Counted from the whole stretch's first letter, positions 9,516-20,524 are shown. The stretch: DNA of 61,076 nt, filler included, from 6 parts of 6 records of this genome joined end to end with filler, not necessarily neighbours in it; one strand, 5' to 3'. Program-made: numbers and translations. Notes: generated from the letters alone by a model not told the origin.

Positions 9516-9550
9516 AAAAAAGGCCGCACCCTCGCAAGGGTACGGCCTTT
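9516..9550 (-). terminator. Rho-independent terminator
   Basis: On the minus strand AAAGGCCGTACCCT-TGCG-AGGGTGCGGCC-TTTTTT, downstream of the MAPEG gene. Confidence 0.8.
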
Positions 9551-9574
9551 GAATTTTATTTCGGCTCTAACGAG

Positions 9575-9985
9575 TCAGATGAAACCGAAAGTGATGACCT
9601 GCATGATCAACTGTAGAGCTGAACCGATCACAAGAACCGCTGTTGCAAGTAGACCGATGGAAAAGCCCATGCTGCGCTTGTTGGCGGCTTCATAATAGCC
9701 TTTAGCGTAAAGCACGCGACCGATCGGATAGAAGATACCCACACAGGCAGCCCACAAATCATGGCCGCTCACGGCGAAAATCCACAAGGCAGGCAGGAAC
9801 AGGATTAGACCTTCCATCGTGTTTTCATGCACACGCAGTGCTCGCATGAATTCATCAGGTCCGGTCATGGCCGGTGCAGGTGTGTTGGTCTTACCCCGCA
9901 CTTGGCCGACTTTGATCGCCATATAGAAATAGATGATTAGGGTCAGGATTGTGACAAGACCCGTCAGAGGATAGGCAAAGGACAT
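9575..9985 (-). CDS. MAPEG family membrane protein
   Basis: F.RALRVHENTME, IGRVLYAKGY and R.MGF motifs with four hydrophobic segments; ATG 9985 follows GGGAGA. Confidence 0.88.
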   Translation of the reverse strand: MSFAYPLTGLVTILTLIIYFYMAIKVGQVRGKTNTPAPAMTGPDEFMRALRVHENTMEGLILFLPALWIFAVSGHDLWAACVGIFYPIGRVLYAKGYYEAANKRSMGFSIGLLATAVLVIGSALQLIMQVITFGFI

Positions 9986-10108
9986 TTCAATCTCCCGAAG
10001 CATTCTGATTTTGTCCATAAGCAGTATAGACAAGCGAGACAAAACAGAAGTGATACCTTTTGAACCAATGCGAACCTACTGTTCGAGTTTGAACCGCTTT
10101 GACGCAAG

Positions 10109-11296
10109 TTAGCGGGCAGCAAGCCGCGCAACTGTGCCTGCAATGCTCAATGCCGCGATCACACTGGCCATGGGCAAGGCCGTGCCGTCATTCAGCAAGC
10201 CCACCAAAGCCCCCGCGCAGGCTGCCGCACCGAATTGTACTACACCGTTCAGGGCTGCCGCCGCGCCCACATTATCGCGGGCGCGCGACATAGCGGCAGC
10301 AACAGCATTGGCACCAATGAAACCGCCACAGCCCAGCAATACAAAAAATGTAGCTGCCAGGGGCAACATCAGATGGGGTGCCAAAAGCGAGAGTCCGAGC
10401 AGAACCATACTCGCCACCAGATGCACACTCGTCCCGACACCAAGAATGAGCCGCCCCTCATATGTGCGCAGTAACCACGCATTGACCTGCGCACCGATAA
10501 TGAAGCCCAGCGCATTAACGCCGAAGATCACGGCAAAATATTCCGGACTAAGATGATGGTAGCTTATGAAAACGAATGACGAACCGGTGATATAGGCAAA
10601 CATGCTTCCCGAAATCGCGGCATTGGCCAGCGTGAAGGCCACATATTGCCGGTCCCGCATCAAGGCCAGATAGGCATAGAGCACCGACACAAAACCGCTG
10701 GCCACGCGCTTGCCTTGAGGCAAGGTTTCGCCAAGGCCACGCCAGACGGCAAAAAAGCACAACACGGCAAAGCCACCCTGGAACAGAAAGATCAGCGTCC
10801 AGTTGAAATGCGCTATCAAAAAACCGCCGAATAGTGGCGCGAGAATAGGTGCCACCCCCATCACCAGCATGAGCAGCGAATAGACCTGCGCCGAGTGCCG
10901 CTCATCAAACAGGTCACGCACCATAGCGCGCGCAACCACAATGCCCGCACAGCCCCCGAGCGCTTGCAGGAAACGCGCAGCCACCAGCCAGTCAATGCTT
11001 GGGGCAAAGGTCGCGCCCACGGATGCCAATGCAAAGGCGGAGATGCCCAGCAGCAATGGCGGCAGGCGTCCATACCGGTCCGACAACGGGCCGATCACGC
11101 TCTGGCCAATCGCCATGCCGATGAAATAGGCCGCCAAAGTACCCTGCACCGCGCCTTCGCCTGTTCCGAAATGTGCAGCAATGGCCGGAAAGGCGGGCAG
11201 ATACATGTCAATGGCCAGCGGTGCAAAGGCTGTCAGAGCGCCCAGAATCAGAATGAACCGCAGGTGTCCGCGATGGATTCCGGTCTTATCCGTCAT
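10109..11296 (-). CDS. Bcr/CflA family MFS drug efflux transporter
   Basis: PLAIDMYLPAFP, GPLSDRYGR and RFLQALGG motifs; ~12 TM; start set at ATG 11296. Confidence 0.92.
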   Translation of the reverse strand: MTDKTGIHRGHLRFILILGALTAFAPLAIDMYLPAFPAIAAHFGTGEGAVQGTLAAYFIGMAIGQSVIGPLSDRYGRLPPLLLGISAFALASVGATFAPSIDWLVAARFLQALGGCAGIVVARAMVRDLFDERHSAQVYSLLMLVMGVAPILAPLFGGFLIAHFNWTLIFLFQGGFAVLCFFAVWRGLGETLPQGKRVASGFVSVLYAYLALMRDRQYVAFTLANAAISGSMFAYITGSSFVFISYHHLSPEYFAVIFGVNALGFIIGAQVNAWLLRTYEGRLILGVGTSVHLVASMVLLGLSLLAPHLMLPLAATFFVLLGCGGFIGANAVAAAMSRARDNVGAAAALNGVVQFGAAACAGALVGLLNDGTALPMASVIAALSIAGTVARLAAR

Positions 11297-11533
11297 GTCT
11301 GGTCCTTGTGGTTTCTTGCCGAGATCGAGGTGGCAGATCGCAATGCGACCGGTCGGCTTCCTGCATTTTCGGCACATCGCCTTTGCATCCGGGCTGTTCT
11401 TACATCAAATCAGCGCATGGCGATTAAGATTCCAGCGCCGCGAACATTGTCCCCGCGCGCCATGTGACGCCTAAAAGCAACATTTTCCTCAGTACTGCAT
11501 GAAAATGACATTTCCGTCATATTGATTGTTGAT

Positions 11534-11552
11534 AATAGGAATGATTCTTAAT
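11534..11552 (+). promoter_or_regulatory. Fur-box-like operator upstream of TonB-dependent receptor
   Basis: AATAGGAATGATTCTTAAT, a near-palindromic 19-mer similar to the Fur consensus, in an AT-rich promoter region. Confidence 0.65.
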
Positions 11553-11689
11553 ATCTTCCACGAACCTTGGAGGGCTACAGTGCATTACCGACTTTTAGGC
11601 AGTTGCGCGCAGCTAAGCCTCCATAGGTGCCTGTCGAAGTAAAGGCGCGGCCTCGGCCTGACGCCGCTATCCAACTGGGGGATACCAGA

Positions 11690-13951
11690 ATGAAGACCAC
11701 CAAGATGCCGGCGCGTGTGCCGGGGTCACTGCGGACCCATGCCCGCATGCCAGCCAGCGCGACACAGACCGGCGGTGCAGCGCTGTTCACGGCCGCCTGC
11801 GTTGCCGCCAGTATGATGACGCCCGCCTTTGCCGCCGACGCGCCCAAAACGGGTGACGATGTAGCTGTCGAGCTGCCCGAACTTCTGGTGGAAGGCAGCG
11901 ACGAGCGCGGTGCCAACCCCTATGCCGATCCGGCAGCGCCCTACAAGGTGGACCGCTCCGCCAGTGGCAAAATCTCACAGGACATTCTCGACTTCTCCAA
12001 AGAAGTCACAATCATTCCGAAAGAAGTGATTACGGATGCCGGTGCCACATCGGTTAAAGACGTTATCCGCACACAGCCCGGCATCACCATTGGCACAGGC
12101 GAAGGTGGCAATGCTCTGGGTGACCGTTTCATTATTCGTGGCTTTGAAGCCCGTGGTGACGTCCTTGTCGATGGCCTGCGTGATCCCGGTGTTGTGAGCC
12201 GCGAAACATTTGCGCTGGAACAGATCGAAATTTCCAAAGGCCCGGATTCGACCTTTGCCGGTCGCGGTACCACAGGCGGCGCGATCAACATGATCACCAA
12301 GATGCCGCAATCCCAGACCTTCACCAAGGTTTCAACGGGTATCGGCACGGACGAGTATAAACGCGTGACGGTTGATACCAATCAGGTGGTCGGTGACAAT
12401 TTTGCCTTCCGCGTCAACGGTATGTGGCATGACAGCAATGTGGCGGGCCGCAGCGACGATGTGGATGTCTTTGATGACCGTTGGGGTGGCGCGGCCGCTT
12501 TTGAATGGCAGGCATCCGAGAAGTTCACTCTGCTCGGCGACTATTACCATCTTTCTACGGACTCAATGCCGGACTTTGGTGTGCCGTGGAACGCCACAAC
12601 CAACAGCCCTTATCTCGTCAATGGCGAAGACAAGTTCTACGGCCAGATCAACCGCGACTTCTGGGAAACCACACAGGATGTCGCCACCATCAATGGCCAG
12701 TACCAGATTAACCCCAACCTTCTGTGGAGCACGCAGGCCCGTTACGGCCACGCCACTAACGACTATGTCGTCGGCGCGCCTGAAGGTCCGAACCTCACGC
12801 TTGACACGGTACGCTCCAGCGCAAAATCGCGCCGGCAGAGCTGGGATTTCTATGGTGTCCTCAGCACGCTCGCCTATGACTTCAAAACCGGTCCCTTTGG
12901 TCACAATCTGATCACTGGCGTTGAAGCGACATATGAAAAGAGCATCAATCCGGGCTGGACGGGACAGAGCAATGTCACAATCGACATCAACAACCCCGAC
13001 AACTACGCCTGGGTTGGCGCCATCACCAAGAACAACTCGCCAACCTCCAGTCACATCCGCACACAAGCTCTCTTCGTGTCGGACACGATGACGATCACCG
13101 ATCAATGGCAGATCTTTGGCGGACTTCGTCTCGACCACTACAGCATGATTCAGGAACAGAGCATTGGCGGCGGCAGCCCCTATCCTGAAACATCAGGCGA
13201 TACGAACACAATGTTCGTAAACTGGCACGCCGGCGTCACCTTCAAGCCAGTGCCCAATGGCAGTATCTACGCATCCTTTGCCTCTTCCTCGAACCCGCCC
13301 GGTGCCCTGTCTGATAGCACAAGTGCGGCTTACGGCGGCAACACCACGGCCATTCAGTCAATCGATGCCGAACGCATCCTGTCCTACGAACTGGGTACCA
13401 AATGGGAGCTGTTCAATCAGCACCTCCTCCTCACAGGCTCGGTTTTCCAGATCGACCGGACAGGCGGTCTTGATGTCATCGTCGCAGGTGAAGGTGAAGG
13501 CGAAAAGCGCGTGCGCGGTGTTGAAGTTGGCTTTGCTGGCAATGTGACTGAAAAACTCAGCCTCATCGGTGGCGCATCGCTTCTTGATGCTCAAGTTATC
13601 GAAAGCCCGTCAGGGCCCGGTGTGATGGTCAATACCGCGGAATCGAGCGGCTACATCCAGGCCAAATATGCGGTCACGGATGCATGGTCGGTCGGCAGCA
13701 CCGTCACCTATACGGGCAAGATCTACGGTGGCACCTATTCTGCCAACCGTGAAACGGGCAAGACAGTTGACGACTGGACCCGCGTTGACCTGATGTCCGA
13801 CTATCAGATCACACCCGATGCCAAACTGCGCCTCAATGTGCTGAACGTCTTTGACGAGCTTTACTATGACGCGCTCTATCGTAGCGGCACACCGTTTGTC
13901 TTTGTTGCCCCCGGCCGTTCCGCTGTGGTGACACTCGACTATACGTTCTGA
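11690..13951 (+). CDS. TonB-dependent siderophore receptor (Fiu/PiuA-like)
   Basis: Plug motifs PGIT.GTGEGGN..GD..IRGF and E.IE..KGP.S...GRG..GG.IN; C-terminal LNV.N.FDE.YY...PGRS...Y.F; adjacent piuC; ATG 11690 follows GGGGGA. Confidence 0.93.
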   Translation: MKTTKMPARVPGSLRTHARMPASATQTGGAALFTAACVAASMMTPAFAADAPKTGDDVAVELPELLVEGSDERGANPYADPAAPYKVDRSASGKISQDILDFSKEVTIIPKEVITDAGATSVKDVIRTQPGITIGTGEGGNALGDRFIIRGFEARGDVLVDGLRDPGVVSRETFALEQIEISKGPDSTFAGRGTTGGAINMITKMPQSQTFTKVSTGIGTDEYKRVTVDTNQVVGDNFAFRVNGMWHDSNVAGRSDDVDVFDDRWGGAAAFEWQASEKFTLLGDYYHLSTDSMPDFGVPWNATTNSPYLVNGEDKFYGQINRDFWETTQDVATINGQYQINPNLLWSTQARYGHATNDYVVGAPEGPNLTLDTVRSSAKSRRQSWDFYGVLSTLAYDFKTGPFGHNLITGVEATYEKSINPGWTGQSNVTIDINNPDNYAWVGAITKNNSPTSSHIRTQALFVSDTMTITDQWQIFGGLRLDHYSMIQEQSIGGGSPYPETSGDTNTMFVNWHAGVTFKPVPNGSIYASFASSSNPPGALSDSTSAAYGGNTTAIQSIDAERILSYELGTKWELFNQHLLLTGSVFQIDRTGGLDVIVAGEGEGEKRVRGVEVGFAGNVTEKLSLIGGASLLDAQVIESPSGPGVMVNTAESSGYIQAKYAVTDAWSVGSTVTYTGKIYGGTYSANRETGKTVDDWTRVDLMSDYQITPDAKLRLNVLNVFDELYYDALYRSGTPFVFVAPGRSAVVTLDYTF

Positions 13952-13969
13952 TCTGAACGGCTAGAATAG

Positions 13970-14009
13970 ACGGCAGGCCGGACCATTTCCGGCCTGCCGT
14001 TCTTTTATT
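13970..14009 (+). terminator. Intercistronic terminator/stabilising hairpin
   Basis: 13-bp stem ACGGCAGGCCGGA/TCCGGCCTGCCGT followed by TCTTTTATT. Confidence 0.75.
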
Positions 14010-14018
14010 GAGGCTTCC

Positions 14019-14702
14019 ATGCTTATCACCATTCCCGATCTCCTCAGCAAAGACGAAGTGTCCGCAATGCGCGCGGAAATGGACAAGGCCGACTGGATTG
14101 ATGGAAAAGTAACCGCAGGCGAACAATCAGGCGCGGTCAAACATAACCAGCAGATCAAGGAAGGTACGGCCCTTGCCAATGCGCTTGGCGATAAAGTGCT
14201 GGATGCGTTGGCCCGCAACGAGACATTTGTCTCGGCCTCTCTCCCCCTCAAGATTTTTCCACCGCTGTTCAACCGCTATCAGGGCGGCGGCCATTTCGGC
14301 ACCCATGTGGATAATGCGATCCGCATCGTGCCGGGCACGCCTGTACGTGTGCGCACTGATCTGTCGATGACACTCTTTCTCAGTGAGCCCGACGAGTATG
14401 AAGGCGGCGTTTTGACGGTCGAGGATAATTACGGCACGCAGGAAGTGAAGCTCAACGCTGGTGACATCGTGCTTTATCCCTCCAGCAGCCTCCACCACGT
14501 CACGCCGGTCACACGCGGGGCGCGCGTCTCGTCATTTTTCTGGTTGCAAAGCATGGTGCGCGACGATGGCGAACGCACATTGCTATTCGATCTCGACATG
14601 TCAATCCGCACCCTTGCCGCCACGCATGGCAGCAACGATCCTGAAGTGGTGCGCCTCAGCGGCATCTATCACAATCTGCTGCGCCGCTGGGCCGACACGT
14701 AA
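14019..14702 (+). CDS. piuC: PKHD-type Fe(II)/2-oxoglutarate hydroxylase (PiuC/YbiX)
   Basis: PPLFNRY, HVDNA, RTDLS.TLFL..P.EY.GG.L and [15 protein letters not shown] motifs; C-terminal YHNLLR.WA. Confidence 0.93.
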   Translation: MLITIPDLLSKDEVSAMRAEMDKADWIDGKVTAGEQSGAVKHNQQIKEGTALANALGDKVLDALARNETFVSASLPLKIFPPLFNRYQGGGHFGTHVDNAIRIVPGTPVRVRTDLSMTLFLSEPDEYEGGVLTVEDNYGTQEVKLNAGDIVLYPSSSLHHVTPVTRGARVSSFFWLQSMVRDDGERTLLFDLDMSIRTLAATHGSNDPEVVRLSGIYHNLLRRWADT

Positions 14703-14710
14703 AAATCGCC

Positions 14711-16291
14711 TCAGATTTTCTTATCACCCTGCCAATAGCGGTCGCGGATCGTGCGCCGAACGATCTTGCCCGACGGCATACGCGGCAGATCATCGGTGAA
14801 GTCCACCGAGCGTGGACGCTTGTAGCTCGGCAGGCGCTCGGCGGCGAAAGCCACAATCTCGGCAGCAAGTTTGTCTGATGGCGCAACACCTTCGTTCAGC
14901 TGCACCACGGCTTTGATCTCCTCGCCCCATTCCTCGTTGGGCACACCCACCACAGCCACGTCATAGACATCGGGATGTTCCAGCACCTCCTGATCGATCT
15001 CGACGGGATAGATATTCACGCCGCCCGAAATGATCACTTCCGCACTTCGGCCTGTGAGATAGAGAAATCCATCGGCATCGATGTAACCCATATCGCCCAT
15101 CGTATAGTCATTGCCGCGATAGGCACCTTCGGTCTTTTCGGGGGCTTTGAAATATTCAAACCGTCCCTGTTCGGGGGCCTGAAAATACACCGTACCCACT
15201 TCGTCGGGGTTGGCTTCTTCGCCATTGTCATTGATGATCCGCACCACCACACCGGGCAGCGGCTTGCCGACCGAGCCGGGCTTGGCTTTCCATTCATGGC
15301 TGTCGACGAAAATGCCGCCACCCTCGGTCGCCGCGTAATATTCAAAGACCACCGGCCCGAACATATCGATCGAGCGTTCCTTCACATGGGTCGGGCACGG
15401 GGCCGCACCATGCAGGATCCAGCGTAGGCTCGAAAAATCATATTTCGCGCGCGTCGCTGCATCGAGGCTCAGAATACGGTGCAGCATGGTGGGCACAACA
15501 TGCGTATGTGTCACGCGATGCTCCTGCACAAGACGCAGAGTTTCTTCTGCATCCCATTTATCCATGATGACGCAGCCGACACCGGCATTGATCGGAAAAC
15601 TCAAATTCAGCGCCAGCGGTGCGGCGTGGTAGAGCGGGCCTGTTACAAGCGCTATATCACCCGGCTTGAAGGCCGCGGTTTCCGTCAGCTTCACCAGCAA
15701 GGGTGATACAGGCGCGGCCTCACGACGAAACACACCCTTGGGGTGCCCTGTCGTGCCGGATGTGTACATCATCTGGGTGCCAAGCACCGGATCATCTATA
15801 TTGCTATCCTCTTCGGCATTGATCGCATCGTCATAGAGGATAAATCCGTCAATCGCGCCGCCCACGCAAAGCCGTGCGATGAGACCAGGCGACATTGCCT
15901 CTGCTTCTCCCGCTGATCCCTTAAAACGCGCATCGGCGACAAATGCCTTCGCCTCGCAATTTTCGACAATATAGCCGACCTCCTTGCCCGTGAGATGCCA
16001 GTTCACGGGCGTCATGCGAAATCCACCGCGCTGACATGCGACCACGGTCTCCACGAATTCTGGCCGGTTGGAACAGAGCAAGGCTACCGCATCGCCCGCT
16101 TTGAGGCCCGCTCGTCGCAAAGCGCGAACAAGCTTATTGGCCTTGGCATTCAGTTCGCCATAGGTCCGGTTTCCAGCTTCGGAAATGATGGCTGGTTTGT
16201 CGGGGTTCTCACCAGCATGAAATGCAATCACCATCCCATTGGCTGCCGCTTCCTCACGCGTCATGCCTGACCCTATTTGCGACACATTCAT
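14711..16291 (-). CDS. Acyl-CoA synthetase / AMP-binding protein
   Basis: YTSGTTGHPKG, YYAATEG, GDMGYID.DG.LY..GR and LPR.PSGK motifs. Confidence 0.93.
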   Translation of the reverse strand: MNVSQIGSGMTREEAAANGMVIAFHAGENPDKPAIISEAGNRTYGELNAKANKLVRALRRAGLKAGDAVALLCSNRPEFVETVVACQRGGFRMTPVNWHLTGKEVGYIVENCEAKAFVADARFKGSAGEAEAMSPGLIARLCVGGAIDGFILYDDAINAEEDSNIDDPVLGTQMMYTSGTTGHPKGVFRREAAPVSPLLVKLTETAAFKPGDIALVTGPLYHAAPLALNLSFPINAGVGCVIMDKWDAEETLRLVQEHRVTHTHVVPTMLHRILSLDAATRAKYDFSSLRWILHGAAPCPTHVKERSIDMFGPVVFEYYAATEGGGIFVDSHEWKAKPGSVGKPLPGVVVRIINDNGEEANPDEVGTVYFQAPEQGRFEYFKAPEKTEGAYRGNDYTMGDMGYIDADGFLYLTGRSAEVIISGGVNIYPVEIDQEVLEHPDVYDVAVVGVPNEEWGEEIKAVVQLNEGVAPSDKLAAEIVAFAAERLPSYKRPRSVDFTDDLPRMPSGKIVRRTIRDRYWQGDKKI

Positions 16292-16394
16292 GCTTATTCT
16301 CCCCTTGCGTTCACCCTCCCCGGGCGGACATATTTTTTGTGTTATCTTTGCCAGTATTGGACAGCGGCTTCTTTCCTCCAGTCAAGAAACCATT

Positions 16395-17561
16395 ATGTCG
16401 AGCCATTTACACTCCATGCAAAATTCATCCAGTTTCCGTACAAAATCTCGTTTCTCCCAGAAGGCCCGCCGCGCATCTTTTTGTGCCGCCGCTTTCGGAT
16501 TGGCGTTGCTGAGCGCCCCTCTCGCCGCAACAGCTGAAGAGGATGCTGCAATTCCGCCGGCGCCCGCCGTCTTGCCCGATCCGGCGATCACTCCCGATGG
16601 CGGCTTTGTCACCATCGAGGTGGAGAATGATCTTTTTGCAAAGATCGCCAATACCGACCGGCATTATACAAATGGGCTGAAACTTTCTTGGCTGTCCGCG
16701 CCGACCAATGATCTGCCAGACTGGCTGAAGTCACTTTCCGCGCCGCCGCTATTTTCGATTTTCACCAATGACAATAATGTCACCGGCGTTTCACACCGGG
16801 TCGGCTTCGCACTCTCGCATGTGATCTTCACACCGGACGACACAGACAATGTCGCACCCATTCCAAATGACCGGCCCTATGCGGCATGGCTGCATGCCAC
16901 GCTGGGTCTGCAAAGCATACGCTCAAATGATTTGGGTGAGGCATGGCAAGACCAGTGGAAGCTCGATATCGGCATGGTCGGCCCGTCTGCCTATGGCGAG
17001 GATGTGCAGAACGGCTGGCACCGCATCATCAATGTCGATGAGGCACAGGGCTGGGACAACCAGTTACATGACGAGCTTGGTGTCAATCTCAGCTTCGAGC
17101 GGGCATGGCGTTCCAATGTGTTGCGCACGCCTGAGATGTTCGGACTTCAAACCGACGTCATCCCTTATGGCACCGTAGCTCTGGGCAATGTTGCCACCTA
17201 TGCCGGTCTTGGCGGCGTCTGGCGCATCGGACCGACCCTGCCCGACGATTTCGGTCCGCCGCGCATCTACCCCTCGTCCGGCGGTTCGGAGTGGTTCCAC
17301 ACCTCGTCCGGCTTTGACTGGTATCTCTTTGCCGGTCTTGAGGGTCGCGCAGTTGCCCGCGACATCTTCCTTGACGGTAATACATTCCGCGACAGCGCCA
17401 GCGTGAACAAACGTCCTCTGGTCGGTGACTTCAAGTTCGGTGGTGTCGTCGTCGTGAAATCCGTGCGGGTCAGCTTCACCCACAATCTGCGCACCAAAGA
17501 GTTCTATGGCCAGACCAAAGCCGACCAGTTCGGTTCGATTGTTCTGGGACTGGCACTCTAA
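16395..17561 (+). CDS. Lipid A deacylase LpxR family (DUF2219) outer membrane protein
   Basis: ENDLF....DRHYTNG, DRPYAAWL, Q..WH......GW.NQL and IFLDGNTF motifs; start uncertain (16395 or 16416). Confidence 0.88.
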   Translation: MSSHLHSMQNSSSFRTKSRFSQKARRASFCAAAFGLALLSAPLAATAEEDAAIPPAPAVLPDPAITPDGGFVTIEVENDLFAKIANTDRHYTNGLKLSWLSAPTNDLPDWLKSLSAPPLFSIFTNDNNVTGVSHRVGFALSHVIFTPDDTDNVAPIPNDRPYAAWLHATLGLQSIRSNDLGEAWQDQWKLDIGMVGPSAYGEDVQNGWHRIINVDEAQGWDNQLHDELGVNLSFERAWRSNVLRTPEMFGLQTDVIPYGTVALGNVATYAGLGGVWRIGPTLPDDFGPPRIYPSSGGSEWFHTSSGFDWYLFAGLEGRAVARDIFLDGNTFRDSASVNKRPLVGDFKFGGVVVVKSVRVSFTHNLRTKEFYGQTKADQFGSIVLGLAL

Positions 17562-17616
17562 AAGCTGACGGCCTCCGACCGCGTGGTCGGGCACGCAGAC
17601 AACAGGGCTTTGCGGC

Positions 17617-19503
17617 CTAAACTTCGGTCTTTGTGCCCAGTTCCACAACGCGGTTCGGTGGCAGCTGGAAATATTCCGTTGGTGAGAGCGCGTAGTCCAT
17701 CAACAGAATGAAAAGCTGCGACTGCCAGCCGGGCATTTTGGACGAATGTTCATGCACCAGCGTCTGGCGGCTCACGAAATAGCTCGTTTCCATCGGCGGA
17801 AAGTCGAGGCCGAATGTGCGGCAGCGTTCCAGCGATGCGGGCACATCGACCTGCTGCATGAAGCCGTGACGGATTTCGATCCGCGCAAAGCCGTTTGACA
17901 TGGTCTCGACATTGAGCTGATCAGCCAACGGCACACGCGGCATGTCTTCCGTGTTGACGCGCAGCAGCGCCACACGCTTATGCAACACCTGATTATGCTT
18001 GAGATTGTGCAACAGCGCTGTCGGTACCGTATCGAGATTGCTCGTCAGGAATACGCCTGCGCCCTTTACGCGCTGGATTTTCTGGTCAGCGGCTTGTTTC
18101 AGCAATGTCTCCAGCGGAATGGCGCCATCAAGAAATTGCTCGGCCAGCAATTTGCGGCCCCGTCGCCATGTTTCCATGGTGGTGACAATAACCACGCCGA
18201 TCATGATCGGCATCCAGCCGCCTTCCAGCACCTTCGTCAGGTTAGAGAAGAGGAAGCCCATATCCATGACGAAGAATAACAGCGCCACCAGAAAGACGGG
18301 GATCAGCGGCCAGCCCGCGATGAAGCGGTAATAGTAGAAGCCGAGCAGCGTCGTCATCACCATGGTGCCCACCACGGCAATGCCGTAGGCAGAAGCAAGG
18401 TTGGACGAGTTTTCAAAGCCGAAGACCACCGCCAGCACACCCACCATCATTGCGGCATTGATCTGCGGCACATAGATCTGGCCACTTTCACGCGCCGACG
18501 TATGGCGAATACGCACGCGCGGCAACCAGCCCAGCTCCACAGCCTGGCTCGTCACAGAGAAGGCGCCGGAGATCACTGCCTGCGAGGCAATGATGGCGGC
18601 CATAGTCGCCAGCAACAGCAGCGGAATGCGCAGCACTTCGGGAGCGAGCAGATAGAAGGGATTTTCAACAGCGGTCGGGTCATGCAGGATCAAGGCGCCC
18701 TGACCAAAATAGTTCAGCACCAGAGCAGGCCAGACCAGCGTGATCCAGATACGGCGGATCGTGGGCGCACCGAAATGCCCCATATCGGCATAGAGCGCTT
18801 CAGCGCCCGTCACCGCCAGCACGACGGCGCCCAGCAACAGCAGGGGCCGCACATGGCCGCTTACCAGCAATTCCAGCCCATGGCGCGGATCGAGCGCTTC
18901 CAGTACTTCGGGCGAATGCCAGATACCCCAGACGCCGAGTGCAGCCAGCGTCAAAAACCAGACACCCACAATCGGGCCGAAGAAAGCACCCACACGGGCT
19001 GTGCCACTTTTTTGCGCCAGAAACAGCCCCACCAGCAGCACAGCTGCAATCGGCACTGTCATGTCGGCGAATGCCGGCGAAATCACTTCCAGCCCTTCCA
19101 CCGCACCCAGCACCGAAATGGCCGGTGTGATGATGCCGTCGCCATAAAACAGCGCCGCGCCGATCATACCGGCCACCATGATGAAACCGCCAAGGCGCGT
19201 ATTGGCTCCGGCCCGTTTCAACGACAGGGCTGCCAGTGACAGCACGCCGCCTTCGCCTTTATTGTCGGCTTTTAGAATGAAGAAGACATACTTCGTCATC
19301 ACGACCAGCGTGATAGCCCAGAAGACAAGCGACAGCACCCCAAGCACGCTTTCCGGTGTCGGTTCGAGACCAACCTTATGCTCGAAGCATTCCCGGATCG
19401 TGTAGAGAGGACTTGTCCCGATATCGCCGAAAACGACGCCCAGGGCGGCGACGTGGAGAGCGAGCCTCAGCGGCTTTTTCTCGTCGGATGAAGCGGTGCT
19501 CAA
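17617..19503 (-). CDS. kup: KUP/HAK potassium transporter
   Basis: GVVFGDIGTSPLY, DN.GEGG, YGDGIITPAISVL, GAEALYADMGHFG and GQIYVP motifs. Confidence 0.97.
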   Translation of the reverse strand: MSTASSDEKKPLRLALHVAALGVVFGDIGTSPLYTIRECFEHKVGLEPTPESVLGVLSLVFWAITLVVMTKYVFFILKADNKGEGGVLSLAALSLKRAGANTRLGGFIMVAGMIGAALFYGDGIITPAISVLGAVEGLEVISPAFADMTVPIAAVLLVGLFLAQKSGTARVGAFFGPIVGVWFLTLAALGVWGIWHSPEVLEALDPRHGLELLVSGHVRPLLLLGAVVLAVTGAEALYADMGHFGAPTIRRIWITLVWPALVLNYFGQGALILHDPTAVENPFYLLAPEVLRIPLLLLATMAAIIASQAVISGAFSVTSQAVELGWLPRVRIRHTSARESGQIYVPQINAAMMVGVLAVVFGFENSSNLASAYGIAVVGTMVMTTLLGFYYYRFIAGWPLIPVFLVALLFFVMDMGFLFSNLTKVLEGGWMPIMIGVVIVTTMETWRRGRKLLAEQFLDGAIPLETLLKQAADQKIQRVKGAGVFLTSNLDTVPTALLHNLKHNQVLHKRVALLRVNTEDMPRVPLADQLNVETMSNGFARIEIRHGFMQQVDVPASLERCRTFGLDFPPMETSYFVSRQTLVHEHSSKMPGWQSQLFILLMDYALSPTEYFQLPPNRVVELGTKTEV

Positions 19504-19674
19504 TAGACCGAGCCTTCAATTGTTTCAGGGGCAGCAAAGTGGCGCATGCTGTCCGAAGCCACTCGCCGGGTCAACACATGCCTCGCCCAGCCCGATTGCG
19601 GCCAAACGCCCCCTCTGATAGACGAGGATATCAGCCAAATACAGTGCAAATAATGACGTTATGGAGAACCAAAA

Positions 19675-20463
19675 ATGACAAATTCAGCCGAAGCGCCGCT
19701 GGTCATCGTCGAAAAAAACGGGGGAATCGCAACCGTCACACTCAATCGCCCGACCGCCATGAACGCGCTGTCGTCCGGTTTGCGGGCGGCCATTGCCGAC
19801 ACATTCGAGGCACTGGAAGCCGATGACGAGGTCAAAGCCGTCGTCCTTACAGGGGCGGGCAAGGCGTTCTGCGCCGGTCTCGACCTGAAAGAACTCGGCT
19901 CTGGTGCCAGCACAGTCGGCGGCACGATCAGCGACAAGGATCCTGTCACCTCCATCAACCGTTTCTCCGGTCCGGTCATCGGGGCCATCAATGGCGTTGC
20001 GATCACCGGCGGCTTCGAGCTGGCGTTGGCTTGCGATGTTCTCATCTGCTCCACCAACGCGCGCTTTGCTGATACGCATGCCCGCGTCGGCATCCTGCCG
20101 GGCTGGGGCCTCAGCCAGAAGCTGAGCCGTGTGCTTGGCATCTACCGCGCGAAGGAGCTTTCACTCACCGGTAATTTCCTGTCTGCCGAACAGGCCAATG
20201 ACTGGGGCATGATCAACCGCGTTGTCTCACCGGAAGATCTGCTGCCGGTCTGCCAGAAGCTTGCCGAAGACATGCTGACCGTCGTGCCCGAATGCCTGCC
20301 TGCCTACAAGAAACTCATCAATGACGGCTTTGCCCAGAGCTTCGGCGACGGCCTGAAGACCGAGCTGCAATTCTCCACGCTGGCCAATGGCGGTGTCGAT
20401 GCCAAAGCGATTGAAGAACGCCGTGCCGGCATCCAGAGCCGCGGTAAGCAGCAGACAAGCTGA
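19675..20463 (+). CDS. Enoyl-CoA hydratase family protein
   Basis: TLNRP..MNAL, AFCAGLDLKE, GGFELALACD and FADTHARVG..PGWG motifs; SD GGAGA. Confidence 0.93.
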   Translation: MTNSAEAPLVIVEKNGGIATVTLNRPTAMNALSSGLRAAIADTFEALEADDEVKAVVLTGAGKAFCAGLDLKELGSGASTVGGTISDKDPVTSINRFSGPVIGAINGVAITGGFELALACDVLICSTNARFADTHARVGILPGWGLSQKLSRVLGIYRAKELSLTGNFLSAEQANDWGMINRVVSPEDLLPVCQKLAEDMLTVVPECLPAYKKLINDGFAQSFGDGLKTELQFSTLANGGVDAKAIEERRAGIQSRGKQQTS

Positions 20464-20484
20464 CACCTCGCGCGTCACAAAGAC

Positions 20485-20524
20485 AAAAGGCCAAGGCATC
20501 ATCTGCCTTGGCCTTTTTTGTTTT
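20485..20524. terminator. Bidirectional Rho-independent terminator
   Basis: AAAAGGCCAAGGCA-tcatc-TGCCTTGGCCTTTTTT between convergent genes. Confidence 0.85.
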
